In this document: in pieces, positions 11,806 to 26,106 of the stretch
Layout of the letters: each line of letters starts with the position of its first letter
How positions within the stretch are numbered: the first letter of the stretch is position 1
NCBI GenBank assembly: GCA_951406725.2
Contig: OX597822.1
Span: 95,046,001-95,110,000, forward strand
Direction of reading: 5' to 3'
Source: Octopus vulgaris
Taxonomy: Eukaryota
DNA: 64,000 bases
Position numbers and translations under genes: made by a program
The notes under the pieces: model-generated
Databases searched by the model: none
What the model was told of the DNA's origin: nothing
The model's input: only the letters and a program-made list of their open reading frames with translations

Positions 11806-12609
11806 GGGTATTTAGCTGTGCAGCAGATCCTTTTACGAAGAAACAAAATTCCAGTATGCAGAAAATTTCAGTATACAAAAAACAGAACACTTTCACTATA
11901 TGTGGAAGTACTGTAGTCAGGATCTAGTCCAAATCTTAGTAATTTCTTATGTGTTCCTGAAAAAGCCTGTAACTTTGCTTGTTTGAGTTTGCCTAAACGA
12001 AACTAAACACTTCTAATAATTTTAGCAATGAAGACAGTATTCACAGACTTTCACTGACAGTTGTAATAAAATCTCTGGGGAGTTAGCTATTAACATATTG
12101 AGTTTCAAAGGCGGTGAGTTGGCATGTCGGGCAAAATTCTTGGCGGAGTTTGAACCCAAAACGTAAAGACGGACGATATACTGCTGAGGTTGACTTTGCT
12201 TCTCATCTTTTCGGAGAGGATTAAATAAGTATCAGTTGAGTACTGGGGTCGATGTAATTGATTTATCCTTTCCACGAAATTGTTGACCTTGTGCTAAAAT
12301 TTGAAATCAATATATTGAGTTGTAGGCATGGTTGGGTGGTAAGCAGTTTGTTTCCCAACCACCTGGCCCTGGATGCAGTCCTACTGCGTGGCACCTTGGG
12401 TTAGTGTCTTCTACTATAGCTCTGGGTTAACTAAAGCTTTTGTAAGTGGAATTGGTTGATGATGGAAACTGTAAGAAGCTTGTAGAAACCATGCCAAAAC
12501 AAACAATAGAGGTTGGTGCTACCCTCTGTTTTGCCAACTCTTACCCAACCGTCCAACACATGCAAGCATGGAGATTGGATGCTAAATGTTGGTGAGGACG
12601 ATGCTGTTG

Positions 12610-12917
12610 AGCGAACGGTCTTCGTCCCAGAGCTCGCAAGATGGGAGAAGTCCGAAACGTGGTCCTTTGCTATTCGTAAGACTCACAGAAGAGAAAGCAG
12701 GTCAACCCCCGACACCGAGAGCATCGACGGATGGATGAATGCGCATCCATGCTCAGCGGTTGCGTAGAAAATCGGGGACAAGAAACAGGAAGAAAGAGTG
12801 AGAGAAAGTTGGAGCGAAAGAGTACAACAGTGGTCACCACCACCCCCTGCCGGAGCCTCGTGGAGCTTTGGGTGTTTTCGCTCAATAAACACTCACAACG
12901 CCCGGTCTGGGAATCGA
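12610..12917 (-). mobile_element. SINE family B with alternative tail (type ii)
   Basis: B core joined to a tail shared with 58770-59088. Confidence 0.85.
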
Positions 12918-13642
12918 GGTGATGATGATGATGTGTGTGTGTGTGTGTGTGTGTGTGATTTGTTAACTTGTTTTGACGTTGCATGATAGTTGTAAACGAG
13001 TGTCATAGTCCTACAAGCAATGTCATCCATTTTTAATATTTTGTGAGAAGATGTATAGCCATAGGGAAATACTGCCTTGCTTGGAAAGAGGTGAGGGTTG
13101 GCAACAGGAAGGGCATCAGGTAATAGAAAACCTGCTTCAAATAAACTCCATCTGACTCAATACAGGCATGGGAAAGTGGTCATTAAATGATGAGTTAAAT
13201 GATTTAAGAACTGAACCTCAAACAAGAACAATAGACTTACTAACGAGACTCAAGCCTTGTATGAAAATATTAGCTGTTAATTTATAATAGAAGGTTTATC
13301 AGAAGAAGCTCCCATATGTTACATGGCCAAGGATGATGAAGCTCGGAGGGTTTCTTCTTTTTCTTTTTGCTGCATCCCATATATTATCAGTATGTAGGCA
13401 TGGTTGTGGTCTCATGTTCTATCTTACTACACAACACTTTGCGCACATGTCTTTTATAGCCTTAGTAGGACTCTCTGAAACGTTGGTTTCTCCACTCTTC
13501 ATGGCAAGTCCTCTTTGTTGATTTTACTTCATAATATGTCTTGTTGATGTAGAGCATAACTATCCTCAATGGAGTCTGTTTTATCATATAGCTGTTTTAT
13601 CATTTTAGCTAACCAATTCTTTGTTAGTGGAATTTGTAGATA

Positions 13643-14002
13643 GGAAGACGCCGTGGTGATCTCATTCTTGCTCACAACATCATAAGCGGAAAGTGTAACC
13701 TCTCGAAAGAGCTGTTCTTCACTCCTGCTCCAGAGCGTCGGCTGCGGGGTCACTCCGAAAAGCTCTATCTGCGACGATTTCATCTCAATCGAAGGAGAGG
13801 GGCTTTCTCCGTCCAGGTTGCGGATCCGTGGAATAAGCTGCCGGACGAGATAGTGAAGATGCCGACGACCGCTCGGTTCAAAGTCTCCCTTGACCAGAAA
13901 TGGCCTGAACTCTTTGCATGAACACCCTCCCTGTCCCCCTACATGGCCTTGCTTTTTGGTTTCTGAGCTAAAATCTTGACTTACTTAACTTAACTTAACT
14001 AA
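13643..14002 (+). mobile_element. CR1-like LINE 3' end with (TTAAC)n tail
   Basis: RRRGDLILAHNII...RLRGHSEKL...AFSVQVADPWNKLPDEIV...FKVSLD, then a short tandem tail. Confidence 0.8.
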
Positions 14003-14228
14003 ACAGGAACTATATAGAAGCCAGTTGTGTGTGTACGCAAGGGCATCTCTGAGTACTTACATTCAACATCATGAAAGAATTGCGAGAGAAAAGAAGAAAA
14101 AGAAAATGATGTTGGCATGTCCTGTCACAAAATCGTCCACCAGCTCTGTTCTTTCGAAGAAGACAAATTGAGAAGCACTTACTTAGAAAACCAGAGTTAG
14201 TGACTGGAAAGTTATCTGCTGTAAAAGT

Positions 14229-14607
14229 GGAGGCGCAATGGCCCAGTGGTTAGGGCAGCGGACTCGAGGTCTTGGATCGCGGTTTCGATTCCCAGACCGG
14301 GCGCCGTGAGTGTTTATTGAGCGAAAACACCTAAAGCTTCACAAGGCTCCTGCAGGGGGTGGTGGTGAACCCTGCTGTATTCTTTCACCACAACTTTCTC
14401 TCACTCTTTCTTCCTGTTTCTGTTGTACCTGTATTTCAAAGGGCCAGCCTTGTCACACTCTGTGTCACGCTCAATCTCCTCGAGAACTACGTTAAGGGTA
14501 CACGTGTCTGTGGAGTGCTCAGCCACTTGCACGTTAATTCCACGAGCAAGCTGTTCCGTTGATCGTATCAGCTGGGACCCTCATCGTCGTAACCGACGGA
14601 GTGCTCC
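14229..14607 (+). mobile_element. SINE family B (tail type i)
   Basis: Full length; TSD TATCTGCTGTAAAAG. Confidence 0.94.
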
Positions 14608-14858
14608 TATCTGCTGTAAAAGAATGACTCAAAGTACTTGTCCAACCCATCGAAAAGGAGACAGGAAACGAACGATTTATAAACGCAAGGTTTTGCAGAG
14701 AACATGTTGAATATTTAACCTGGAGGTCAGTTATTTCATCACTATTTGCTTTTATTGCCATCGCTTTCAGTTCTCTCTGGTTTGGCAAAGTCATCAAACT
14801 TCTTGCTTGCAGTGTGTGTCAGTTGGGCTTTCTCCATCCTATATTTATTAGCTTAAAA

Positions 14859-15321
14859 GGCGGCGAGCTGGCAAACACGTTAGCGCGCCGGGCGAAATGC
14901 TTAGCGGTATTTCGTCTGTCGTTACGTTCTGAGTTCAAATTCCGCCGAGGTCGACTTTGCCTTTGATCCTTTCGGGGTCGATAAATTAAGTACCAGTTAC
15001 GCACTGGAGTCGATGTAATCGACTTAATCCCTTCGTCTGTCCTTGTTTGTCCTCTCTGTGTTTAGCCCCTTGTGGGCAATTAGCTTAAAAGGCGGCGAGC
15101 TGGCAGACACGTTAGCGCGCCGGGCGAAATGCTTAGCGGTATTTCGTCTGTCGTTACGTTCTGAGTTCGAATTCCGCCGAGGTCGACTTTGCCTTTCATC
15201 CTTTCAGGGTCGATAAATAAAGTACCAGTTACGCACTGGAGTCGATTACATCGACTTAATCCCTTCGTCTGTCCTTGTTTGTCCTCTCTGTGTTTAGCCT
15301 CTTGTGGGCAATAAAGAAATA
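14859..15321 (+). mobile_element. SINE family C, head-to-tail tandem pair
   Basis: Two copies, each preceded by ATTAGCTTAAAA. Confidence 0.92.
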
Positions 15322-15779
15322 ATGCCAACCACGCTAGAAAATTTCGAGCCTTCTATCTGACCACTTGATTTGCTATAATAATAAAGAAAACGAATTTTGT
15401 TTCATAGAACACACTTTACAACCTTAAAAAAAAATGGAAGGCACATTAGTTCTCGTAATTCGTGAAAGAACAAAAAAAAAATCTATTCTAAAAAAATAAG
15501 GGAAATAACTCCATATGCAATATGCATAGTGATTTCCCCTGGTTTTATTATAATCCAATGTTCTAGACTTCGTTGAATTCAGGACTAGCTGGCAGAATCG
15601 TTAGCACGCCGGACCAAATGCTTAGCGGCATTTCTTCTGTGTTAAAGTTTTGAGCTCCAATTGCACCGAGGTCGATCTTGCCTTTCATCCTTTTAGAGTT
15701 AGCAAAATCGGACTCCATACCCCCTCACACCAATTTCAAGCCTTTGTGATTATTGGAGGGTGTTATCTGGAATCGTTGA

Positions 15780-16001
15780 GGTGGCAGAAACGTTAGCACG
15801 CCGGGCGAAATGCTTAGCGGTATTTCGTCTGTCGTTACGTTGTGAGTTCAAATTCCGCCGAGGTCGACTCTGCCTTTCATCCTTTCGGGGTCGATAAATT
15901 AAGTACCAGTTACGCACTGGGGTCGATGTAATCGACTTAATACCTATGTCTGTCCTTGTTTGTCCCCTCTATGTTTAGCCCCTTGTGGGTAATAAAGAAA
16001 T
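15780..16001 (+). mobile_element. SINE family C
   Basis: Near full-length match; an older decayed copy lies at ~15585-15740. Confidence 0.9.
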
Positions 16002-16721
16002 ACGTTGAAATAGTTGAAAGAATTTCTTACAGACCAAAGTTTTTGTCTCCTTAATCTTCTGAATCCTAGTTTAAAATACTTGAACGATTATTCATATTTT
16101 TATTTGAACAGAAATAAAACTAAGTCAAGTATGGAGCTTCCATCAATTTCCTGACTGGGAGTTATTGACTTTAATGGCTCTCCCAAAAGTTCTTTGTCGC
16201 TAATCACTCCCCAAGTAAATTGGGGAGTGATTAGCTCTGCTTGTGTGAGTGTGTGTGTGTTTGTGTGTGTGTGTACTGACACTTTAATCACTTTAAACAT
16301 AATCCTTATGTTCTGAGGAGAGACATCTAAACAATGACGTAGTCAGCTCCAGTATATAGAAAAAATAATTACCGTAAGTCTTCTAGTATAATCCGCATTT
16401 TCCCCCCAAAATTTAATGGTCAAAATCCCTAGTGCGTACTATATACTTTCCGTTGCGTTTTTGCCTTTATTGAACTCATAAAGAAAAAATATGCCGAATA
16501 AGCTTCTTTGTCACTTCAGTTATAGCTTTGAAAGAATAACTGTTAAAATGGAACTGCATTCTTCAAAACTTGCACTAAGAATAAGCAACAAGGTAAAATT
16601 GCTGCCTGCTTCTATAGCAAGCTGATGCAGGTAGTTTATCCCGTCCCACCTCCGACGCTTTGTTCATGTAATTGAAAAACAACATTATTTATGGGGTTAC
16701 CCAATATATACGATTGACATA

Positions 16722-16754
<33 letters not shown>

Positions 16755-17101
16755 TTGTTTGTGTATGTGTGTTGTTCACCAACACTTGTCAACCGGTGTT
16801 GGTTTGTTTACGTCCCCGCAACGTAACGGTTCAGTAAAAGGCGTAAAAGAAAAGAAAAAAAAGAGTTAGCTTCTGAAGCTATTAACTATGTGGTTGAGCA
16901 GAGGAACGATATAGCAATACATTGTTCTCGACCCTTCATGTTACGTGTACAGAACCTAAAATTTTGTGGCAAGAGGGTAAGTCAGCTACATCGACCCCAG
17001 TGCTCAACTGGTATTTATATTATCGACGCCGAAGGGATGAAAAGCAAAGACCGCCGAGAATTTTGTCCGGTGCGCTTAATGATTCTGTTAACTCCCTGCC
17101 T

Positions 17102-17828
<727 letters not shown>

Positions 17829-18196
17829 ACTCTTTTACTAGTTTCAGCCAGAGGCTGGGACCATACTGGAGCACACATTTTAGTGTGTTTTGGTTCTCCT
17901 TTCTATACTGTTTTTGGTGAAGAAGCGAGTTGGTCGGAACAGCTTTTCTTTGTGCCTCCTGCCGCGATGTGACTTCATCTGGGATTTCAATTAGAAACCT
18001 GTCCAGGTGCATTTTGAAGGTTTCCACATCTACAACTCGCAAATCTCTGAGATTGCTTGGCAGGATGTTAAACAGCTGCGGTCCCATGGAACCCAAGCTG
18101 TTGTGATACTGGCTCCTTATCCGAAATATAGAAGATGGTATCTTTAGTATTATGCAGTGCCGTCCAGTACGGTGGTTGGTATAGCTTTTAATATAA

Positions 18197-18424
18197 GGCG
18201 GCGAGCTGGCAGAAACGTTAGCACGCCGGGCGAAATGCTTAGCGGTATTTCGTCTGCGTTACGTTGTGAGTTCAAATTCCGCCGAGGTCGACTTTGCCTT
18301 TCATCCTTTCGGGGTCGATAAATTAAGTACCAGTTACGCACTGGGGTCGATGTAATCGACTTAATACCTATGTCTGTCCTTGTTTGTCCCCTCTGTGTTT
18401 AGCCCCTTGTGGGTAATAAAGAAA
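18197..18424 (+). mobile_element. SINE family C inserted in the LINE
   Basis: TSD GGTATAGCTTTTAAT. Confidence 0.94.
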
Positions 18425-18960
18425 TGGGTATAGCTTTTAATTCCAAAGTTGGCAGCTAGACCTCCCAAGATCTTCCATGTGTATATCACTGCATACGTTT
18501 TTCGCCTTCTCTCCAGAGAGTAGAGCTTCAGTTCTTGTAGCTTATTCCAGTAGCTTATCTGTTTCACCGAGTGAATCTTCTTTGTGTAGTGGCGCTGGAT
18601 TGTCTCAAGTTCCACCACCGGTTTGACGCCCTGCAGCGACCACAGTTGGGAGCAGAAATCCAGATGACCGAGAACAAAAGCCGTCCGTAGGAGTAGCAAG
18701 GTATCCTTATTTCTGGTTCTGAAGGATCTAAAGATCATCCAGCCTCTCGCCCGCACAGTGTTGTCTTCTTGGTCATTTGTACATGGAATGTTGCATCATT
18801 ACTCATGTGGATTCTCAGATCACGCACCGATTCTAACTCTGGGATTGAACTGCCCTCTGCTCCTTTGTATTCTGATTGTAGTCTGTGGGCTGATAGTGGA
18901 GTGCTTGAAAGTTAGCATTGAAATGCATGTTATTTTCATCAGTCTATTTATATATTGCAT

Positions 18961-19341
18961 GCAGGTGTGGCTGTGTGGTAAGTAGCTTGCTAACCAACCA
19001 CATGGTTGCGGGTTCAGTCCCACTGCGTGGCATCTTGGGCAAGTGTCTTCTGCTATAGCCTCGGGCCGACCAATGCCTTGTGAGTGGATTTGGTAGACGG
19101 AAACTGAAAGAAGCCTGTCGTATATATATATATATATGTGTGTGTTTGTGTGTCTGTGTTTGTCCCCCTAACATTGCTTGACAACCGATGCTGGTGTGTT
19201 TACGTCCCCGTCACTTAGCGGTTCGGCAAAAAAAGAGACCGATAGAATAAGTACCGGGCTTACAATAGAATAAGTACTGGGCTCGACTAAAGGCGGTGCT
19301 CCAGCATGGCCGCAGTGAAATGACTGAAACAAGTAAAAGAG
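18961..19341 (+). mobile_element. SINE family A inserted in the LINE
   Basis: Full-length match to family A. Confidence 0.93.
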
Positions 19342-20465
19342 AGGTCGTTTTGCAGTTTTCGCATGTCTCCAGGGTCCTCGACTGCCTGAGATACCTTTGT
19401 ATCATCAACGTAGCTGGTGAGATTGGCTGATTGTATGGCAGAAAGCATGTCTGAGAGAGCTACTACAAATAGTAGTGGCCCCAGTACAGTTCCCTGAAGA
19501 ACACCGCTGCGGATTGATGTCTCTCCAGAGAGAGAGAGAGAGAGAGAGAGAGCACCATTGGCTGCAACTGCCTGACTTTTAAAAGTCGTGCGACCATTCT
19601 CCCAGTTTTCCAGTGTTACCAACGTCACGTAATGTTGTAATAGTTGTGTGAGGAAGCTCTTCCTTGGGTGGAAACCATGTTGTGTGTTTGTGAGCAAGTT
19701 ATTCTCTTCTAGGAACGCTATCAGTCTCCTTGTGACAATGCGTTCCATAACCTTGCTAACGTGTAAAGTTAGAGATATGGGCCTGTAATTTTTAGCATCT
19801 GCTCTGCTTCCTTCTTTATGGACAGAGCATATGAAACACCCTTTTAATAGTTTGGGAAGTTTTCCACATGCAAGGAAACTCTGAAAAAGTATCTGCAGTG
19901 GTTTTGCCAGAGCTTTTTTTTGCAACCGGGAATCCATCCGGGTCCATTGCTGAGTTTGAGCTCAATGGCCGCTATCGCACCTTCCTCTTTGATGTCAATG
20001 TCATCGATAATTGCCTTTTTCCTTTGTAGGTCTGCACTGTCGAAAAACTCTTTAGGGTCGCTTACTTGCCAGTTTCTCAGTGGAGAGGTGAAGACACTCT
20101 GGAATTGCTTATTTAGTATTTCACTTATCCTCTTGGGGCCTGCAGTTAGCAAACCATCTTCTTCAAACAGTGGCTCTATCTTGTAGTGCATTGAGGCAGA
20201 CTCCTTCGCGAACTTGTTGGAGGCTTTAGGATTTATTTTTATATTTTCCACCGCCCTGATTTTTCTTTCTTCCCTTTCCTTTTCATGGGTGTGTCTGAGT
20301 TTATTTTCGATCTCTAAAAGTCTCTCTTTGAGGAGGGATTTCTCGCTGTCATTAAGTTGTTTATTTAAGCGATTGGAGATCTTTACCCTGTCTCATAAGA
20401 ATCCTTCTGTCTCGAGAAATGATGTTTTTGCATGTGGTTTCTCTTTTCTCCGGGGCAAAGTTAAT

Positions 20466-20727
20466 ATTTCTTTACTACCCACAAGGGGCTAAACACAGAG
20501 AGGACAAACAAGGACAGACAAACGGATTAAGTCGATTATAGCGGTATTTCGTCTGCCGTTACGTTGTGAGTTCAAATTCCGCCGAGGTCAGCTTTGCTTT
20601 TCATCCTTTCGGGGTCGATAAATTAAGTACCAGTTACGCACTGGGGTCGATGTAATCGACTTAATCCGTTTGTCTGCCCTAGTTTGTCCTCTCTGTGTTC
20701 AGCCCCTTGAGGGTAGTAAAGAAATAG
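20466..20727. mobile_element. SINE family C with inverted duplication of its 3' end
   Basis: 20466-20538 is the reverse complement of ~20653-20727. Confidence 0.88.
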
Positions 20728-20784
20728 GTATTCTCCTCGATCTCTGAGTTCAAGTCTCACCGATGTGAACTTTACCTTTCCTTT

Positions 20785-20841
<57 letters not shown>

Positions 20842-21085
20842 CTTTAGTGAACGTAAGAATGTATGTGTGTATGAGCGAACGAAAAAATGTGCGCGCGCGT
20901 GAACAAAAGAATGCGTAAACGAAAGAATGCGTGCATGTTAACATGCAGTGTGGTATGTTACATATAAATAATACTGATGTGATAGTAATGTAGCCAAATT
21001 GGTATATCACATCACACGCCGCAAGAACCTCAAGGGTGAACAGACGTTTGGGCTCTATTGTACCATAATAATCTGTAACATGGTA

Positions 21086-21652
21086 TTGGGTTGTCCGGAA
21101 AGTTCGTGCCGATTTATAGTAGCTTACATTTCGACTTATTTTAGAACATGGTTCAGTCCATAAAATAGGATTTGACTACACCTCCATTTAGAGCACTGTT
21201 TAAGCTATCTTTTCGTGGAAGAAGGTTTATGTTCCTATTACCTGTGTTAATTCTGTAATCCTTTAAAATGGAAGATAAGAAAGTTCATTTTCGGCACTTG
21301 ATGCTTTGGGAACCAGACAAAAATTGCTACAGCTCGGCTAGGATGTGTTACCCCGTCCTCCGTATTCACCAGATGTTGCTCCTTCGGATTTCCACTTATT
21401 CAGGTCTCTGCAGAATAGTCTTAATGGTAAAAATTTCAATTCCTTGGATGACGTAAAAAGATACCGTGGTGAATTCTTCACCATGAAACCACCTCAATTC
21501 TGGGAAGAGGGTATTTTCAAGGTAAAGGAAAGATGGAGACACATTGTGCAACAAAATGGTTCATATTTGGTTGATTAAAAATGTAATGGCAAGTATTTAT
21601 TGACCTTTTCCTTTCCTTTAAAAAATCGGCAGGAACTTTCCGGACAACCCAA
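21086..21652 (+). mobile_element. Internally deleted mariner element (567 bp)
   Basis: TA|TTGGGTTGTCCGGAAAGTTC ... GAACTTTCCGGACAACCCAA|TA; N-terminus MEDKKVHFRHLMLWE fused to PPYSPDVAPSDFHLFRSLQ. Confidence 0.95.
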
Positions 21653-22201
21653 TACAAACCGGCAGTCGATTAAATTGATCCCATTACTTGGCCAGTACTT
21701 TATTTTATCAACTCCGAAAAAGTCAAAACAAAGTTGACCTTGACCGTATTTCAAATCTAAACGTAAAGAGTCAGAACAAATATTGCGAGTCCTTTTATCG
21801 GACGCTCAACGGTTTTTGTTCCGGTTCACTGCTCCTTTCTCTTCTACATTTATTTACATCATTCTCTAACTTTGGCTAAAGGCCTGACATTTAGGAAATG
21901 GATAAAGTCAATGGCATGGACCATTAGTACTCAACTCGTACTCCGTTTTATTGACCCCCCAAACGGTAGAGAGGCAAAGTTTATCTCAACAGGATTTGAA
22001 CTTACAACGTAACGGCTAACAACTAAATACAGCAAAGCATTTTCTTCGATGCAATCATGTTTTTGACTATCCATTACCCGTTTCGAAAGATAAATTTCTG
22101 AAAAGTTTTACAGGTTTTTACAGTTCCAATGATGACTTGGATCTCTAGTCTTCGAATAAACTTTCTGGTTTTGAGAAGCTTAATCTTGTAATTTGGGTAT
22201 A

Positions 22202-22245
<44 letters not shown>

Positions 22246-22385
22246 GCATGTCGGGTTGTCTTTAGCCTTGTCGGGGCTTCAATCAAGCAGAATTTGCGTA
22301 CCCTTGCATGGTTTTAAATACTTTCCTTCACAAGGAGGAAAAACTACAAATGTAGAAATTAAATGTTTGTTAGAATATTATGCAA

Positions 22386-22795
22386 GGCGCACGAGTGGCT
22401 GTGTGGTAAGTAGCTTGTTTACCAACCACATGGTTCCGGGTTCAGTCCCACTGCGTGGCACCTTGGACTAGTGTCTTCTACTATAGCCTCGGGCCGACCA
22501 AAGCCTTGTGAGTAGATTTGGTAGACGGAAATTGAAAAGAAGCCCGTCGTATATGTGTATATATACATATATGCGTGTGTGTGTTTGTGAGTCTGTGTTT
22601 GTCCCCCTAGCATTGCTTGACAACCGATGCTGGTGTGTTTATGTCCCCGTTACTTAGCGGTTCGGCAAAAGAGACTGATAGAATAAGTAATGGGCTTACA
22701 AAAGAATAAGACCCGGGGTCGACTTGCTCGACTAAAGGCGGTGCGCCAGCATGGCCGCAGTCAAATGACTGAAACAAGTAAAATAGAGTAAAAGA
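22386..22795 (+). mobile_element. SINE family A
   Basis: Full-length match. Confidence 0.92.
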
Positions 22796-22916
22796 ATGAA
22801 AAAGGTAAAAATGACTGTTTAAAGATACACTTTCAATATTTTGAATTCTTTTGCTAATATAAGAAGCGGGATAGAAAGTGTGTATATGTGAGATAAAGAG
22901 GAGAGATAGATAGGAG

Positions 22917-22973
<57 letters not shown>

Positions 22974-23001
22974 TATAGATAGATAGAAAGAGTGAGAGTG
23001 A

Positions 23002-23053
<52 letters not shown>

Positions 23054-23737
23054 GTATCAACATTACTGGCATTGTTCTCGGTATATTTTGTTACAAACAC
23101 GGAGTGAAGAAGAGTCTGTAAGACTTTTAGAAATTCCACGTATGCTATTGAGTTGAAGTAACTGTAGCGGATTTTCCTTTAAAAAAAATGAAAGAATATG
23201 ATTAAAAAAACATGTTGAAAAATAGATACATTACCTTCGCTAAAACAGTTCTTTATCCTCTTCTATTTTGCTTCTATAAATATTTTCACACCACTTTTTA
23301 TATCTAGCCTTTTTACAATATCATTTTCTATTGACAGATTTGCCTAAGAACTTAATCTGTCTTGCGCTATGGACGACTGTAAATATATCGTTATCAGCTT
23401 TAATTTACTAAAGCTTCTCTCTCCCATGGCCGCAGTTATACGAGTCATAAGAACTATTGTTAATGTAAGTTAGAGATTTTGTATGTTATCCTCTAACTTT
23501 TTATTATTGAATCAATGTTACGGGCTTCAGTTGGAAACTTTTACATTTCCTTCAGAAAATTAAAATCGTTTTGCAATATTTAGTCCAGTGAAGAGATCAA
23601 ATCCATTTATATTTCACTATTTTCTTACTACCTTAACTTATCCCACAAAGCTACAAGCCCCCCCACCCTCGCCAAAAAAACGAAATGTGATAAATCTTGC
23701 AAGAAAGAATCGCAAGACAGGAGCCCAAGATGCAAAC

Positions 23738-24174
23738 CAGTGTTTCTCGACCGTTTTTTACCGAGGGACCCCTTTGATTCTTATTTTGCTCAGATGTACC
23801 ATCCTAGTTATTCGCGGTTTTAAAAAAAATCGTATATTTTTATAAATAAACTAGCACTATGACACGGCGTTGCCGGGTCATAGTGCTAGGGCATGCATAT
23901 ACAGCTGCGTGCGTGCGCATATACACGCGTGTACTGACCAAATCTCTGACCAATCACATACAGCTAGCTGGCATTCAATTGGCGTATCAAGTTTCGGGCA
24001 TTTTGATTGGGTTTTGGATAGAAAATTCACCAAAAATCACTTCTATTGATTTTTTAATGGCTTTGCGGGGTGACTGGGGAAATGTAAAGATGTGCACGAC
24101 CACCCTTGGACGGTTTTGAATGACCATAGAAAGTGCGAGCCCTCTAACTGAAAAATTGTGGATTTGTATAAAGG

Positions 24175-24223
<49 letters not shown>

Positions 24224-24398
24224 TTTTGCCGTTTATATATAGAGATATATTTTAAGGAATTGTATAAGAAATTATTAAAACATTTTGTGTATTTTAGATG
24301 TATAACCAATTTATATAGCCGATAAATTTTAACAACAAAATCTTATATGGACCTCCATTTCCCCAAGGGCCATACAGACCCCAGCTGAAGAACCACTG
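23738..24398. mobile_element. hAT-type MITE split by a Helitron
   Basis: CAGTGTTTCTC ... GAAGAACCACTG ends; degenerate 8-bp TSD ATGCAAAC/ATGTAGAC. Confidence 0.7.
23851..24245 (-). mobile_element. Non-autonomous Helitron
   Basis: Minus strand starts TCTCTATATATAAA and ends with hairpin CTAGCACTATGACCCGGCAACGCCGTGTCATAGTGCTAG; inserted between A and T without a TSD. Confidence 0.85.
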
Positions 24399-24612
24399 AT
24401 GTAGACCAAGAACGCGATGGTTGGATAATATCAGCAATCTCACTTGGTTTTGCTTGGGAATCCAGCCGAAAAATAAAATGACGGTTGTTTTTGTTTGGAT
24501 CCAATGGAAAAAGTGTCCGAAGACTCTACTCCGCCGCAACCCTCCCAGGAACAATGGGAGGAGAAGATGGACGGATGGAAATTTATTTTATTTAAAATTC
24601 CCAGATGTTGCA

Positions 24613-25016
24613 GGAGTGGCTGTGTGGTAAGTAGCTTGCTAACCAACCACATGGTTCCGGGTTCAGTCCCACTGCGTGGCATCTTGGGCAAGTGTCTTCT
24701 GCTATAGCGCCGGGCCGACCAATGCCTTGTGAGTGGATTTGGTAGACGGAAACTGAAAGAAGCCTGTCGTATATATGTATATATATATATATATGTGTGT
24801 GTGTGTATATGTTTGTGTGTCTGTGTTTGTCCCCCTAGCATTGCTTGACAACCGATGCTGGTGTGTTTACGTCCCCGTTACTTAGCGGTTCGGCAAAGGA
24901 GACCGATAGAATAAGTACTGGGCTTACAAAGAATAAGTCCCGGGGTCGATTTGCTCGACTAAAGGCGGTGCTCCAGCATGGCCGCAGTCAAATGACTGAA
25001 ACAAGTAAAAGAGTAT
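24613..25016 (+). mobile_element. SINE family A
   Basis: Full-length match. Confidence 0.93.
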
Positions 25017-25423
25017 AGAGTTGTTGAAATTTCGTTATTTTTCAAATTACTACATTGACCATTTGATTTTTATCCTCTTTAAGACTATTTATATGAGAAA
25101 GATCGTCAACGCATCCTTTAAATTTTTTACTTATTTTTAAAAACTTTTTTCAAATAATCTCGCCATTTCTGCAAGTACCCTTTCTTATCCATTTGCACGA
25201 TAACCAGTTATGTCTCGCATAAAGATTTTGCAGTGAAGCATTTAATACATGCTTCCTCAATACATGTTATAGACCAAGGCCGAAAACGAAATGTATAAAC
25301 GCTGGACAGTAAAAAAAAAAACAAAAAAAAAAAAAACAAAGAACAAAAGCGAGTGGACATCTGGTAGCTTATTGCTATATCATACCAACCATTAGATATA
25401 AATTATGACATCCCTATGATGAT

Positions 25424-25794
25424 GGAAGCACTCCGTCGGTTACGACGATGAGGGTTCCGGTTGATCCGATCAACGGAACAGCCTGCTCGTGAAATTAACG
25501 TGTAAGTGGCTGAGCACTCCACAGACACGTGCACCCTTAACGTAGTTCTCGGGGATATTCAGCGTGACACAGAGAGTGACAAGGCCGGCCCTTTGAAATA
25601 CAGGTACAACAGAAACAGGAAGTAAGAGTGAGAGAAAGAGTACAGCAGGGATCACCACCATCCCCTGCCGGAGCCTCGTGGAGCTTTTAGGTGTTTTCGC
25701 TCAATAAACACTCACAACCCCCGGTCTGGGAATCGAAACCGCGATCCTATGACCGCGAGTCCGCTGCCCTAACCACTGGGCCATTGCGCCTCCA
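25424..25794 (-). mobile_element. SINE family B (tail type i)
   Basis: TSD TGACATCCCTAT. Confidence 0.93.
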
Positions 25795-26106
25795 CTTGAC
25801 ATCCCTATAGTGTATATAAGACATACATAAACTTTTCTTCTGGATTTATGACTGAAAACTTTTCTCGTTTCTGTCGTAATTGAACTATTGTCACAGCCCT
25901 GTCCGACTTCTTCAGTTATGGAAATATAGCTTCTTACCCCACTTTCTCTTCGGAGATAAATTATACTTTCACTTAATGCCTTGTATGCAATACTTATAAC
26001 TGGTTTATGGCGAGCAAAAGGTTCATTTATCAAAATGTCTTCTAAAAATCGTATCGTAACTAAATGTTGAGTACAAGTGTTGATCATCCAGTCTCAGCAG
26101 CTGCGA

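Larger units (their letters stand above)
17827..20455 (-). mobile_element. Decayed CR1-like LINE (RT and 3' end), interrupted by two SINEs
   Basis: ISEILNKQFQSVFT; NYRPISLT...KVMERIV; QHGF; SGVLQGTVLGPLLF; YVDDTK; LDFCSQLWS; LYSLERRR; GPQLFNILP; contains frameshifts. Confidence 0.92.

Noticed and set aside
14229-14300. Functional tRNA-Arg gene
   Set aside because: It is the head of a multi-copy SINE with TSDs, with no proper acceptor stem or terminator.
25850-25925. Minus-strand CTGAAGA-A-GTCG..CGAC-A-GAAAC hammerhead-like motif
   Set aside because: Helices I and III cannot be formed convincingly; may be chance or a very decayed copy.
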